A DNA stretch of 64,000 nt from an uncultured Bacilli bacterium (GCA_944368975.1 CALVXI010000002.1:12513-76512), one strand, 5' to 3'. Shown: positions 28,950 to 38,954, counted from the stretch's first letter. Notes: generated by a model not told the origin, from the letters alone. Made by a program: numbers and translations.

Positions 28950-29870
28950 ATGAGCAAAATGATTATTAAAAGAGATGGAAGTTTAGAAGAATTTAATAAA
29001 GATAAGATTTTTAAAGCTATTAAAAAAGCTTTTATCTCAACAAATAAAACCTTTAAAGATGATGATATTACTTCCTTAGTAAATGAAATTATTATTTTAA
29101 TTAATAAAGATTCAATTTCAGTTGAAGAAATTCAAAATTTAGTTGAGAAGTTATTGATGGATAATCATTATTATGATGTTGCAAGAAATTATATTCTATA
29201 TCGTGAAGAAAGAAATAAATTTCGTCAATTTCGTTATGCATTAACTAAAGAAGTACCTTCATATAATTTAAATAGAGTCCTTAAGGAGATTCAAAGAGAA
29301 TTTAATTCTCCTTTATATGGCTTAGATAAATTACTTTATAAATATTTAAGTAAAAAGATCTTCAAAATGAATGAAGATGAAAGACTTCATACTTTAATTA
29401 TCTGTGCCGAAGAACTTATTAGTAGTGAAGCTCCATATTGGGATAATATTGCTAGTCGTTTATTTATGGTGAGTTTTAATAAAGAAATTAAAGATAATTT
29501 AAAGAAATATAATTTAAACGATTTTAAGAATCGTTTAAATTTATATGTTTCTAAATATCATTATGATAAAGATTTATTAATTAAATATAATGATGATGAG
29601 ATTAAAACTTTAGAAAGAACTATTAATAAATCTAATGATAAATTATTATCTTTTTCATTAATTAAAAGAATTCTTAAAGAATATTTAATTAAAATTAATG
29701 ACGAAGATTATATTGAAACAATTCAAGAATTTTATTTACTTATAAGTTTAACTTTAGCAAAAGATAATGAAGATAAAATAAGTGATGTAACTACTTATTA
29801 TGAAAAACTATCTAAACAATTAATTAGTTTAGATAGTCCTTTAGTTAATAGTGTTTTAAAGAATTTATAA
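28950..29870 (+). CDS. ATP-cone protein: N-terminal portion of class I ribonucleotide reductase alpha subunit, lacking the catalytic barrel
   Basis: IIKRDGSLEEFNKDKIFKAIKKAF, ISVEEIQNLVE, VARNYILYR; second cone-like ELISSEAPYWDNIASRL; YIETIQE; ends at LSKQLISLDSPLV. Confidence 0.75.
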   Translation: MSKMIIKRDGSLEEFNKDKIFKAIKKAFISTNKTFKDDDITSLVNEIIILINKDSISVEEIQNLVEKLLMDNHYYDVARNYILYREERNKFRQFRYALTKEVPSYNLNRVLKEIQREFNSPLYGLDKLLYKYLSKKIFKMNEDERLHTLIICAEELISSEAPYWDNIASRLFMVSFNKEIKDNLKKYNLNDFKNRLNLYVSKYHYDKDLLIKYNDDEIKTLERTINKSNDKLLSFSLIKRILKEYLIKINDEDYIETIQEFYLLISLTLAKDNEDKISDVTTYYEKLSKQLISLDSPLVNSVLKNL

Positions 29871-30539
29871 TTATTTATTAGAATTATCTTCTTGAGAATT
29901 TTCTTTATTTTTAGTTATATATTTATCTTTTATTAAATAATATAGTTTAGGTGAATAATTAATAATTAAATAATTTACATAACCAAATCCAAAGCCTAAA
30001 AGTGCTCCAGCAATAACATCAGTCATATAGTGATGTGAAACTAAAACCCTGCTAATCCCCATTAAAAATGCAAAAATTCCAAAAAAGATAACGATTGGTA
30101 AGTAAAATTTTCTTTCATCTTTTTTAAATATATAATAAAAAAGTAAACCACCAAAAGTACAAAATGACATAAATGTATGACCACTTGGGAAACTATTTGA
30201 AGTAGGTGCTGTTCCATAAACTTGGCCACCATTATTTGTAATTGCTATTAAATGAGGTAATAAGTTTTCATCTTCAAAAGGTCTAGCACGATCAAAAATA
30301 TTTTTAAATATTAAATCATTAAATATTAATGTTAATAAAACACCAACTAAACAGAAAAAACCTAGTTTTCTAGTTTGTTTTATTAAGATTAATAAAACAC
30401 CGATAACAAGAAGAAAAATCCCATTATCACATAAATTAGTAAATGCAACGATGAATTCTTTAAAAAAATCTGGCAATTTATCAAAGAAACTACTAAAAGC
30501 AATTGCAATTGCATTATCAAATGGATTTGACCAAATCAT
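29871..30539 (-). CDS. PAP2-family membrane phosphatase
   Basis: KNIFDRARP, SFPSGH, SRVLVSHHYMTDV. Confidence 0.9.
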   Translation of the reverse strand: MIWSNPFDNAIAIAFSSFFDKLPDFFKEFIVAFTNLCDNGIFLLVIGVLLILIKQTRKLGFFCLVGVLLTLIFNDLIFKNIFDRARPFEDENLLPHLIAITNNGGQVYGTAPTSNSFPSGHTFMSFCTFGGLLFYYIFKKDERKFYLPIVIFFGIFAFLMGISRVLVSHHYMTDVIAGALLGFGFGYVNYLIINYSPKLYYLIKDKYITKNKENSQEDNSNK

Positions 30540-30958
30540 AAATTCTCCTTTTTAAGTATATATTGATTAGCTAAATCTAATGTTTCTTTATCTGAATCAT
30601 GAGTTAATAATTTATAAGCTTTATCAAATGGTAAAAATTCCATTTTAACAACTTCATTATCATGAGTATCAATTGGATCATTATTAGACATCACTTTTCC
30701 AACAAAGAAATGGACATCTTTAATTATTCCTTCATATGGCGAATACGTTATAACATGATGAAAATTAGTATCAATAAGAACATTTAAAGAAGTTTCTTCA
30801 GCTATCTCACGCTTACAGCCTTCAATTAAAGTCTCATCATTTTCTAAATGACCTTTACACATTGAGATATGCCCTAAAGACATATATTGGATTAAGTATA
30901 AAATTTTTTTATCAATTAATTTATAAATAACTGCACCAGCACTAACTTCTTTTTTCAT
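30536..30958 (-). CDS. NUDIX hydrolase (Ap4A hydrolase-like)
   Basis: SAGAVIY; Nudix box KGHLENDETLIEGCKREIAEET. Confidence 0.88.
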   Translation of the reverse strand: MKKEVSAGAVIYKLIDKKILYLIQYMSLGHISMCKGHLENDETLIEGCKREIAEETSLNVLIDTNFHHVITYSPYEGIIKDVHFFVGKVMSNNDPIDTHDNEVVKMEFLPFDKAYKLLTHDSDKETLDLANQYILKKENL

Positions 30959-31094
30959 ACGATAATGATAAACTTTTTAAATAAAAGAATAAATAGAGAA
31001 ATTTTTTATATTATAAATTAATATTTATATCGATACTTTCTTCAAATTTTAAATTTTATTAATAAAACACTAAAAATTATGATATAATCTTCTT

Positions 31095-31778
31095 ATGAGT
31101 AAAAGAACTGTACTTATTATTGATAAAGACAAAGATAGCTCTAAAGATTTAAAAAATTTCTTAACTACTAAAGACTATAAAGTAGTAATCGCACGAGATG
31201 AAATTGATGGTAAAAATTTACTTATTAAAGACGTAATAGATTTAATTATTATTTGTATTGGTAATAAAGATGGTTTTGGGCTAGATATAATTGGTAAATT
31301 TCGTTTACACAATAGCACTATCCCTATTTTAGTAATTTCTAGTCGAAGTGATGTAGAAAGTAAGATTATTGCTTTTAATAGCGGTGCTAATGATTTACTT
31401 GTTAAGCCTTATAATAATTTTGAATTACTCGCTAGAATCTCTAATCAAATGCGTAATGCTAAAAAAAGTAGTGGTAATATCTTTACTAATGGTGAGTTAA
31501 AAATTGATTATGAAGGGCGTGTAGTTTATATGCAAAATCATGAAGTTCATTTAACTAATTTAGAATATAAAATCCTTGTTTTATTAGCTAATAATTTAGA
31601 TAAAGTTCTTCCTTATGATTATATTATTGAGACTATATGGGGAAAAGGTGGTCAAGATTATAATGGACTTAGAGTATTCATGAGTGGAATACGAAATAAA
31701 CTTAAAACTGGTAAAAGAGTTTCTAGATTAATTAGAACTCAAGTAAATGTCGGTTATCGAATGAAAAAACTAAGTTAA
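31095..31778 (+). CDS. OmpR/KdpE-like response regulator, orphan, atypical receiver
   Basis: Receiver (GANDLLVKPY) plus winged helix (VHLTNLEYKIL, IWG, IRTQVNVGYR); phospho-acceptor Asp position is Cys. Confidence 0.85.
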   Translation: MSKRTVLIIDKDKDSSKDLKNFLTTKDYKVVIARDEIDGKNLLIKDVIDLIIICIGNKDGFGLDIIGKFRLHNSTIPILVISSRSDVESKIIAFNSGANDLLVKPYNNFELLARISNQMRNAKKSSGNIFTNGELKIDYEGRVVYMQNHEVHLTNLEYKILVLLANNLDKVLPYDYIIETIWGKGGQDYNGLRVFMSGIRNKLKTGKRVSRLIRTQVNVGYRMKKLS

Positions 31779-31797
31779 AAATTTCTCTATAAATATT

Positions 31798-31826
31798 AAA
31801 AAAGTGCGATAACATCGCATTTTTTT
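31798..31826 (+). terminator. Rho-independent terminator
   Basis: TGCGAT-AAC-ATCGCA followed by a T run. Confidence 0.75.
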
Positions 31827-31897
31827 AATATTTATTTCTTTAGTTAATGTGAATTTTAAAATATTATTAAAAATCTCTTTTCTTTTAGTAAGAGTTT

Positions 31898-31931
31898 TGA
31901 TAAAATCTATTCGGTAAAAAAATACCGAATA
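31898..31931 (+). promoter_or_regulatory. Extended -10 promoter plus palindrome upstream of rex
   Basis: TGATAAAAT (31898-31906) then TATTCGGTA-N6-TACCGAATA (31908-31931). Confidence 0.5.
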
Positions 31932-31937
31932 AAATTT

Positions 31938-32591
31938 ATGTCTAAAGTTCTAACTACTAATCAATTACGAAGAATACCACGATATCTTAGTTATCTAAGA
32001 ACTTTAAGCGCAAGTAATGTTAGTTATGTTTCATGTCAACAAATTGCTAAAAGTTTATCATTAAATGAAGAACAAGTCCGTAAAGATATTGCTTTAGTTA
32101 GTAAGGTTAATGGTGTTCCTAATAAAGGCAGAAATATTGAAATATTAATTAAAGATATTGAATCAACTTTAGGAATTGATAATGTTAACAATGCAATTTT
32201 AGTTGGTGTTGGTAGTTTAGGTACTGCTTTATTAAATTACAAAGGTTTCTTAAATTATGGCTTACAAATAATTGGAGCCTTTGATAAAGATATTAATCTA
32301 GTTGGTAAAACCATAAATGGTATTATGGTTTACGATATAAATGAAGTTGACTTAGTTTTAAAGAAGTTAAAAGCTCCAATTGGTATTATTACTGTTCCTA
32401 GTAATAATGCTAATGAAGTTGCTAATCTTTTAGTCAAGGCTGGAATTGAAGCAATTTGGAATTTTGCACCTACTCAAATTAATGTTAGTGATGATGTTAT
32501 TGTTACAAATATTGATATGGCTGCAAATTTAGCAACTTTATCACATAAGTTATATCTTAAGCATCGAAAAATTGAAAAGGAGAATATGTAG
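31938..32591 (+). CDS. rex: Redox-sensing transcriptional repressor Rex
   Basis: RRIPRYLSYL, QVRKDI, LVGVGSLGTALLNY, IWNFAP. Confidence 0.93.
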   Translation: MSKVLTTNQLRRIPRYLSYLRTLSASNVSYVSCQQIAKSLSLNEEQVRKDIALVSKVNGVPNKGRNIEILIKDIESTLGIDNVNNAILVGVGSLGTALLNYKGFLNYGLQIIGAFDKDINLVGKTINGIMVYDINEVDLVLKKLKAPIGIITVPSNNANEVANLLVKAGIEAIWNFAPTQINVSDDVIVTNIDMAANLATLSHKLYLKHRKIEKENM

Positions 32592-32592
32592 A

Positions 32593-35226
32593 ATGGCTGA
32601 AATTGAAAAGATTGATCCTGTTAAGGAAGTTGATGAATTAGTTCAAAAAGGATTAGTTTGTCTTGAGGAATTTAGAAAGTTAAATCAAGAACAAGTTGAT
32701 TATATTGTTAGTAAAGTTAGTGTTGCTGTTTTAGATGAACATGAAAAATTAGCTAAACTTGCAATTGAAGAAACTGGTCGTGGTGTTTTTGAAGATAAAT
32801 GTACTAAAAACTTATTTGCTTGTGAATATGTTGTTAATGCAATGAGACATTTAAAAACATGTGGAATTATCAGTGATGATCCTGTTACAGGTGTTACTGA
32901 AGTTGCTGATCCACTTGGTGTAATTTGCGGTATTACTCCAGTTACAAACCCAACAAGTACTGTTATTTTTAAGTGTTTAATTTCTTTAAAAACAAGAAAT
33001 CCAATTATTTTCTCATTCCATCCAAATGCACAAAAATGTTGTGTTGAAACTGGAAAAATCATTAGAGAAGCTGCTATTAAAGCTGGAGCTCCAGAAAATT
33101 GTGTTCAATGGATTGAACATCCATCAATGGATGCAACAAATGCTTTAATGAATCATCCAGGTGTTGCTTCAATTTTGGCTACTGGTGGTAACGCAATGGT
33201 TAAAGCTGCTTATAGTTGTGGAAAACCTGCTTTAGGTGTTGGCGCTGGTAATGTTCCTGCTTATGTAGAAAAAACATGTGATATAAATCAAGCTGCAAAC
33301 GATATTTTAATGAGTAAAGCTTTTGATAATGGTATGGTTTGTGCTAGTGAACAAGCAGCTATCGTTGATAAAGAAATTTATGATGAATTTATCGAAGCTA
33401 TTAAGAAATATGGTGCTTATTTATGTAATAAAGAAGAAAAAGAACTTCTTGAAAAATATATGTTTAGACCAACAAAAGATGGTAAAGGCACAGCCTTATT
33501 TAGTGGTTTAGTTGGTCATCCAGCATGGGAAATTGCTAAAGAAGCAGGATTTGAAGTTCCTAAGAAAACTCCAATTTTACTTGTTGAATGTAAAGAAGTT
33601 AGTGCTAACGAGTGTTTAACTCGTGAAAAACTTTCACCAGTCTTAGCTTTAGTTAAAGCAAAATCAACTGAAGATGGTTTTGATAAAGCTGAAGCAATGG
33701 TTGAAGAAGGCGGTTTAGGACATAGTGCTTGTATTCACACTAAAAGAAAAGATCTTGTTGATGAATTTGGCTTAAGACTTAAAGCTTGTAGAATTATTTG
33801 GAATTCTCCAACTTCATTTGGTGGAATTGGTAATATTTATAATTCTTTCTTACCAAGTATGACTTTAGGATGCGGTAGTTACGGTCATAACTCAGTTAGT
33901 GGTAACGTTAGTGCTATTAACTTAATTAACATTAAAAAGATTGGTAAAAGGAGAAATAATATGCAATGGTTTAAGATTCCTTCAAAAATTTATTTTGAAA
34001 GAAATAGTATTCAATATTTAAAAGATGCAAAACATGTAACTAATGCATTTATCGTAACTGATAAGTCCATGGTTCAACTTGGTTTCTTACAAAAAATTAT
34101 CGATGAATTAAAACTTAGAAGAAATGAAATTACTATTCAATTATTTACTGATGTTGAACCAGATCCAGATATTACAACTGTTAAAAAAGGTTGCGAATTA
34201 ATGAGATCTTTTGAACCTGATACAATTATTGCTCTTGGTGGTGGTAGTGTTATGGATGCTGCAAAAGGTATGTGGTTATTCTATGAAAATCCAGAAGTTA
34301 ATTTCGATGATTTAAAACAAAAATTCATGGATATTAGAAAAAGAGCCTTTAGATATCCTGAACTTGGTAAAAAATCTAAATTAATTTGTATCCCAACAAC
34401 TAGTGGTACTGGTAGTGAAGTTACTCCATTTGCTGTTATCTCCGATAAAGCAAATAATAAGAAATATCCTTTAACTGATTATAGTTTAACTCCAACAATT
34501 GCTATTATTGATGCTGAACTTACAACAAATTTACCAGCTCAAGTTACTGCTGATACTGGTTTAGATGTCTTAACTCATGCTTTAGAAGCTTATGTTAGTG
34601 TTTTAGCAAGTGATTATACTGATGCTTTAGCAATTCAAGCTGCTCAAATGGTCTTTGAATATTTACCAAGAGCAGTTAAAAATGGTAAAAATGATTTAGA
34701 AGCTAGAGAAAAGATGCATAATGCTTCAACAATGGCAGGTATGGCTTTTGCTAATGCTTTCTTAGGTATGTGTCACTCAATGGCTCATAAGATTGGTGGT
34801 ATGTTCCATGTTCCTCATGGTAGAGCAAATGCTATCTTATTACCATATGTAATTAGATATAATGGTGAAATTCCTCAAAAATTAAGCACATGGCCAAAGT
34901 ATAATGTTTATAATGCTGATAAGCGTTATGCTAAGATTGCTAGATTATTAAATCTTAAAGCTACAACTGATGCTGAAGGTGTTGAATCATTAGCTGAAGC
35001 TGTTTATAACTTAGGCATTGAATGTGGTGAAAAAATGTCCTTTAAAGAACAAGGTGTTGATGAAAAAGAATGGTTAGAAAAGGTTGAAGAACTTGCCTAT
35101 TTAGCTCACGAAGATCAATGTACACCATGTAATCCACGCGTCCCATTAGTAAGTGATATGAAACAAATTTTAATTGATGCTTACTATGGAAATTTTAAAA
35201 AAGATACTCCAAAATCAAAAAAATAA
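32593..35226 (+). CDS. adhE: Bifunctional acetaldehyde-CoA/alcohol dehydrogenase
   Basis: ITPVTNPTST, LATGG, catalytic MVCASEQ, linker TLGCGSYG, ALGGGSVMDAAK, PTTSGTGSEVT, HSMAHK; ATG 32593 directly after the rex stop. Confidence 0.96.
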   Translation: MAEIEKIDPVKEVDELVQKGLVCLEEFRKLNQEQVDYIVSKVSVAVLDEHEKLAKLAIEETGRGVFEDKCTKNLFACEYVVNAMRHLKTCGIISDDPVTGVTEVADPLGVICGITPVTNPTSTVIFKCLISLKTRNPIIFSFHPNAQKCCVETGKIIREAAIKAGAPENCVQWIEHPSMDATNALMNHPGVASILATGGNAMVKAAYSCGKPALGVGAGNVPAYVEKTCDINQAANDILMSKAFDNGMVCASEQAAIVDKEIYDEFIEAIKKYGAYLCNKEEKELLEKYMFRPTKDGKGTALFSGLVGHPAWEIAKEAGFEVPKKTPILLVECKEVSANECLTREKLSPVLALVKAKSTEDGFDKAEAMVEEGGLGHSACIHTKRKDLVDEFGLRLKACRIIWNSPTSFGGIGNIYNSFLPSMTLGCGSYGHNSVSGNVSAINLINIKKIGKRRNNMQWFKIPSKIYFERNSIQYLKDAKHVTNAFIVTDKSMVQLGFLQKIIDELKLRRNEITIQLFTDVEPDPDITTVKKGCELMRSFEPDTIIALGGGSVMDAAKGMWLFYENPEVNFDDLKQKFMDIRKRAFRYPELGKKSKLICIPTTSGTGSEVTPFAVISDKANNKKYPLTDYSLTPTIAIIDAELTTNLPAQVTADTGLDVLTHALEAYVSVLASDYTDALAIQAAQMVFEYLPRAVKNGKNDLEAREKMHNASTMAGMAFANAFLGMCHSMAHKIGGMFHVPHGRANAILLPYVIRYNGEIPQKLSTWPKYNVYNADKRYAKIARLLNLKATTDAEGVESLAEAVYNLGIECGEKMSFKEQGVDEKEWLEKVEELAYLAHEDQCTPCNPRVPLVSDMKQILIDAYYGNFKKDTPKSKK

Positions 35227-35249
35227 TTAAGATTTAGAAGGTTTTTAGT

Positions 35250-35279
35250 GAAAAAGTCCTATTTTCTTAGGACTTTTTC
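35250..35279 (+). terminator. Rho-independent terminator
   Basis: GAAAAAGTCCTA-N6-TAGGACTTTTTC. Confidence 0.8.
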
Positions 35280-35355
35280 TAAAAGAAGTAAATGGAAAAT
35301 ATAGAAAATAATCATTTATTATGAAATAATAAATGCGTATAAATAGGAGAAAAGT

Positions 35356-36798
35356 ATGGCAAAATTTGACACAAGAGTTCAAGAATTACGATATGAAGTT
35401 GTTAAAGCAGTAGCTAAGCATATTTATGCTAATGATTTTAAAGAACATGTTTATGATATTGCTAAGGAAATTATTCCAGGACCAAAACCAACAATGAGAT
35501 GTTGTATTTATAAAGAAAGAGCAATCGTTAATGAAAGAATTAAATTAACATTACATAGTTCACAAGATAAATCGAATGTAATTAACGTTATACCTGTAGC
35601 TTGCGATGAATGTCCATTAGGTGGTTATACAGTTAGTGATGAATGTCGAGGTTGTATAGCACATAGATGTATTAATGCTTGTCCTAAAAAATGTATAACT
35701 TTTGATGATAAATTAAGAGCTCATATTGATAAAAGTAAATGTATTAATTGTGGTTTATGTGCTCAAAATTGTCCATATCATGCTATTGAAAATAGAGTTA
35801 GACCATGTGAAAGAGCTTGTAAACAAAAAGCTATTTCACCTAGTAGTGTTGACGGAAGTGCCTCAATTAATTATGAAAAATGCATAAAGTGTGGTGCTTG
35901 TGTTTATACATGTCCATTTGGTGCAATTGTTGATGAAGGATATATTGAAGAAATAATTAATATCCTTAGAAATAGTGAAAATAATACTAAATATCAAGTT
36001 TATGCAGTTGTCGCTCCTTCAATTGGTACTAATTTTTATGGAGTTAAAACTGGCCAAGTGGTTAGTGCAATGAAAAAGTTAGGATTCTATCGAGTTGTTG
36101 AAGCAGCTTTAGGAGCTGATGTTGTTGCTTTAGAAGAAGCTAAAGAGCTTGAAGAAAGAGGAACTTTAACTTCGTCTTGTTGCCCAGCTTTTGTTGATTA
36201 TGTAAAGAAATTTTATCCTGAACTTAAAGATTATGTTAGTTCCACACCTAGTCCAATGGCAATGATTGGTAAGATTTTAAAAGAACATAAACCTGGATGT
36301 AAGGTTATATTTGTTGGACCTTGTACAGCTAAAAAGAGCGAAGTTAGAAAAGACAGTGTTAGACCTTATATTGATAGTGTTTTAACTTTTGAGGAACTCC
36401 AAGCTTTAATTGATGCTAAAGAAATTGATATTGCTAGTTTAGAAGAATCACATTTTGAAAATGGCAGTGGCTTTGGAAGAGGATTTGCTAAATGTGGTGG
36501 CTTAACTAATGCGGTTAATCAAGCTTTAAAAGAAAATAATAGTGAATTTGTTGCTAAAGGAATAGTTTGTGATGGTATTGATAACATTCGTATGGCTTTA
36601 AATAAATGGAAAAGTGGAAATAAAGATTTTAATTTCTTTGAAGGCATGGCTTGTAGTGGAGGATGTATCGGAGGGCCATGTAATTTAACTCACGAATTAA
36701 GAGATAAAATTATGGCAGATAAATTCTCACAAAATAGTGATGCAAAAGAAATTAAAGAAGCAATTACTAAATCTAGATCAACAAAGAAAGGAAAATAA
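35356..36798 (+). CDS. Monomeric [FeFe]-hydrogenase (group B-like) with ferredoxin domains
   Basis: H-cluster motifs TSSCCPAF, GPCTAKKSE, EGMACSGGCIGGP; several CxxCxxC...CP motifs. Confidence 0.9.
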   Translation: MAKFDTRVQELRYEVVKAVAKHIYANDFKEHVYDIAKEIIPGPKPTMRCCIYKERAIVNERIKLTLHSSQDKSNVINVIPVACDECPLGGYTVSDECRGCIAHRCINACPKKCITFDDKLRAHIDKSKCINCGLCAQNCPYHAIENRVRPCERACKQKAISPSSVDGSASINYEKCIKCGACVYTCPFGAIVDEGYIEEIINILRNSENNTKYQVYAVVAPSIGTNFYGVKTGQVVSAMKKLGFYRVVEAALGADVVALEEAKELEERGTLTSSCCPAFVDYVKKFYPELKDYVSSTPSPMAMIGKILKEHKPGCKVIFVGPCTAKKSEVRKDSVRPYIDSVLTFEELQALIDAKEIDIASLEESHFENGSGFGRGFAKCGGLTNAVNQALKENNSEFVAKGIVCDGIDNIRMALNKWKSGNKDFNFFEGMACSGGCIGGPCNLTHELRDKIMADKFSQNSDAKEIKEAITKSRSTKKGK

Positions 36799-36801
36799 TA
36801 T

Positions 36802-37704
36802 ATGAAAGAATTTAGAGATTTAATGGCAAAAGATATTGATGAGGCTAATGTTTATTTAATTGGTATCCCTTTTGATAAAAATGCTAGTGTTGGTAAAGGA
36901 GCATGCGAAGCACCTAGAGTACTTAGAGAGTTAAGTTATGAATTACCAGCATTTGATGCTAAAGGTCAAGACTTAAGAGAAAAAATTAAAATCTATGATT
37001 TTGGCGATATTCTTACAGAAGATTTTAATAAAATGGAAGAAGAAATTACTAATAAACTATATTCAAAAGAAGGATTGCACCTTATTTTTGGTGGTGATCA
37101 CTCTATTGCTATAGCAAGCGAAAGAGCATTTTTTAATAGATGTAATAAGTTAAATAAAACACCTGTTATTATTCATATTGATGCTCACCCAGATATTTGT
37201 GATGAATATGAAGGAAATAAATACTCTCATGCTTGTCCAATTTATCGTGCACTTGAATATGGTTATGAAGATAAAAATATTACATTAATTGGTATTAGAG
37301 GTTTTGAAGCTCAAGAAGTTGAAACATTTAAAAAACATCCATTACTTGATGTTTTTAAGGCTAATGATGTTAAGATGATGGGTATCGAATTGCTTATTAA
37401 AATTTTAAAAACAAAATATAGCGATGATAAGTATTTAATTTATATAAGTTATGATATTGATGCAAATGATCCATGCTATGCTCCTGGCACAGGAACACCT
37501 GAATCATTTGGCTTATCTAATTTTGAAACAATGACTTTAATTCAAGGTATTATTACTAACTTAAATGTTGATACATTAGATATAGTTGAGGTTGCTCCTC
37601 CACTTGATGTAAATAATATAACAAGTTGGCTAGCAGTTAAGTCGTTATATGAATTTTTTACCGCATATATACAAAAAACCACGCAAAACCTTGATATTTT
37701 ATAA
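36802..37704 (+). CDS. Arginase/agmatinase family ureohydrolase
   Basis: GGDHS, DAHPD, SYDIDANDP..APGTGTP, DIVEVAP. Confidence 0.9.
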   Translation: MKEFRDLMAKDIDEANVYLIGIPFDKNASVGKGACEAPRVLRELSYELPAFDAKGQDLREKIKIYDFGDILTEDFNKMEEEITNKLYSKEGLHLIFGGDHSIAIASERAFFNRCNKLNKTPVIIHIDAHPDICDEYEGNKYSHACPIYRALEYGYEDKNITLIGIRGFEAQEVETFKKHPLLDVFKANDVKMMGIELLIKILKTKYSDDKYLIYISYDIDANDPCYAPGTGTPESFGLSNFETMTLIQGIITNLNVDTLDIVEVAPPLDVNNITSWLAVKSLYEFFTAYIQKTTQNLDIL

Positions 37705-37706
37705 AA

Positions 37707-38366
37707 ATGAATAATTGGATAGATGTTTTTAATATCCTAAAAAATAAGGATTATTTTAAGGAATTATTGTCTTTTATTGATAGTGAATATCAAAAATATA
37801 TCATCTATCCTCCAAAAGAATTAATCTTTAATGCATTTAAATTAACACCTTATAATGAAGTGAAAGTTGTTATATTCGGACAAGATCCTTATTTTAATAA
37901 GGGAGAGGCAATGGGATTAGCTTTTAGTGTTAATAAAGATATAAAAGTTCCACCATCCTTAAAAAATATTTATAAAGAAATTGAGCTTGAATTCAATCAA
38001 AAATTTAATAATTGTGATGGTGATCTAACTTATTTAGCTAAACAAGGTGTTTTATTACTTAATCCAATATTAACAGTAAGAGAAAAATCTCCATTAAGTC
38101 ACGATAATAATTTATACAAAGAATTTACTAAAGATATAATTTTATCTTTAGAAGAAAATAATAATGTAATTATTTATTTATTAATGGGTAATAAAGCTAA
38201 AAGATATGAAAAATATATCACAAATAAAAATCATTATATTATAAAAGTTAGTCATCCTAGTCCATTAGGGGCTAATAAAGGTGGTTTCTTTAATAGTAAT
38301 TGTTTTAAAAGAATTAATGAAATATTAAAGAAAAATAATGAGGATACAATAAATTGGTTAAAATAA
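37707..38366 (+). CDS. ung: Uracil-DNA glycosylase
   Basis: GQDPY, AMGLAFSV, PPSLKNIYKE, QGVLLLN, SHPSPL. Confidence 0.95.
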   Translation: MNNWIDVFNILKNKDYFKELLSFIDSEYQKYIIYPPKELIFNAFKLTPYNEVKVVIFGQDPYFNKGEAMGLAFSVNKDIKVPPSLKNIYKEIELEFNQKFNNCDGDLTYLAKQGVLLLNPILTVREKSPLSHDNNLYKEFTKDIILSLEENNNVIIYLLMGNKAKRYEKYITNKNHYIIKVSHPSPLGANKGGFFNSNCFKRINEILKKNNEDTINWLK

Positions 38367-38387
38367 AACATCTCTTCGCGAGATGTT
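38367..38387. terminator. Hairpin between convergent genes
   Basis: AACATCTC-TTCGC-GAGATGTT. Confidence 0.65.
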
Positions 38388-38415
38388 ATATTTTAATTTA
38401 AATTAGTTTCAATTC

Positions 38416-38934
38416 TTATTTTTTTAATGTAATTAAAGTTTGAACTAATAAATAAACGCCATAGATAGCAAGTAAAACACCAAATACGACCCATAAATAA
38501 CTATTCATTTCTGGAATAACCATAAATAAGATAGCTAATATTGTTAAAATTAAGCCAACAACTAATTCTGTGATGCCTGGAGTATTTTGTTTTCTAATAA
38601 ATCTAACGATAGCGTCGATAATAAGTAAAATACCAATTGCTAATACTCCAACAATGATTACTTTTTGTAATAACTCAACTGCATTAATATAATTTGCAAG
38701 CATTGAAATACCACAAGCAAGTAAAATTGCACTAGCGACGCCTGTAGGTAATAAGAAGTTTACATTTTTTTGTTCAGTAGCACATTTAATAAATAAAAAT
38801 ATGCCTAATAAGGTAACACAGCCTCCTAATAAATAATTAAGGATACTGGCATTAAGAATTGAGACTGCAATTAAAATACCTAAAATGATAAATATAATTG
38901 ACTCAATAATTTTGTATGCTTTTGCTTTACTCAT
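38416..38934 (-). CDS. DUF308/HdeD-like membrane protein
   Basis: Six TM segments with internally duplicated G-rich helices; RBS GGGAGG. Confidence 0.7.
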   Translation of the reverse strand: MSKAKAYKIIESIIFIILGILIAVSILNASILNYLLGGCVTLLGIFLFIKCATEQKNVNFLLPTGVASAILLACGISMLANYINAVELLQKVIIVGVLAIGILLIIDAIVRFIRKQNTPGITELVVGLILTILAILFMVIPEMNSYLWVVFGVLLAIYGVYLLVQTLITLKK

Positions 38935-38954
38935 AATTTCCTCCCTAAAGCAAG

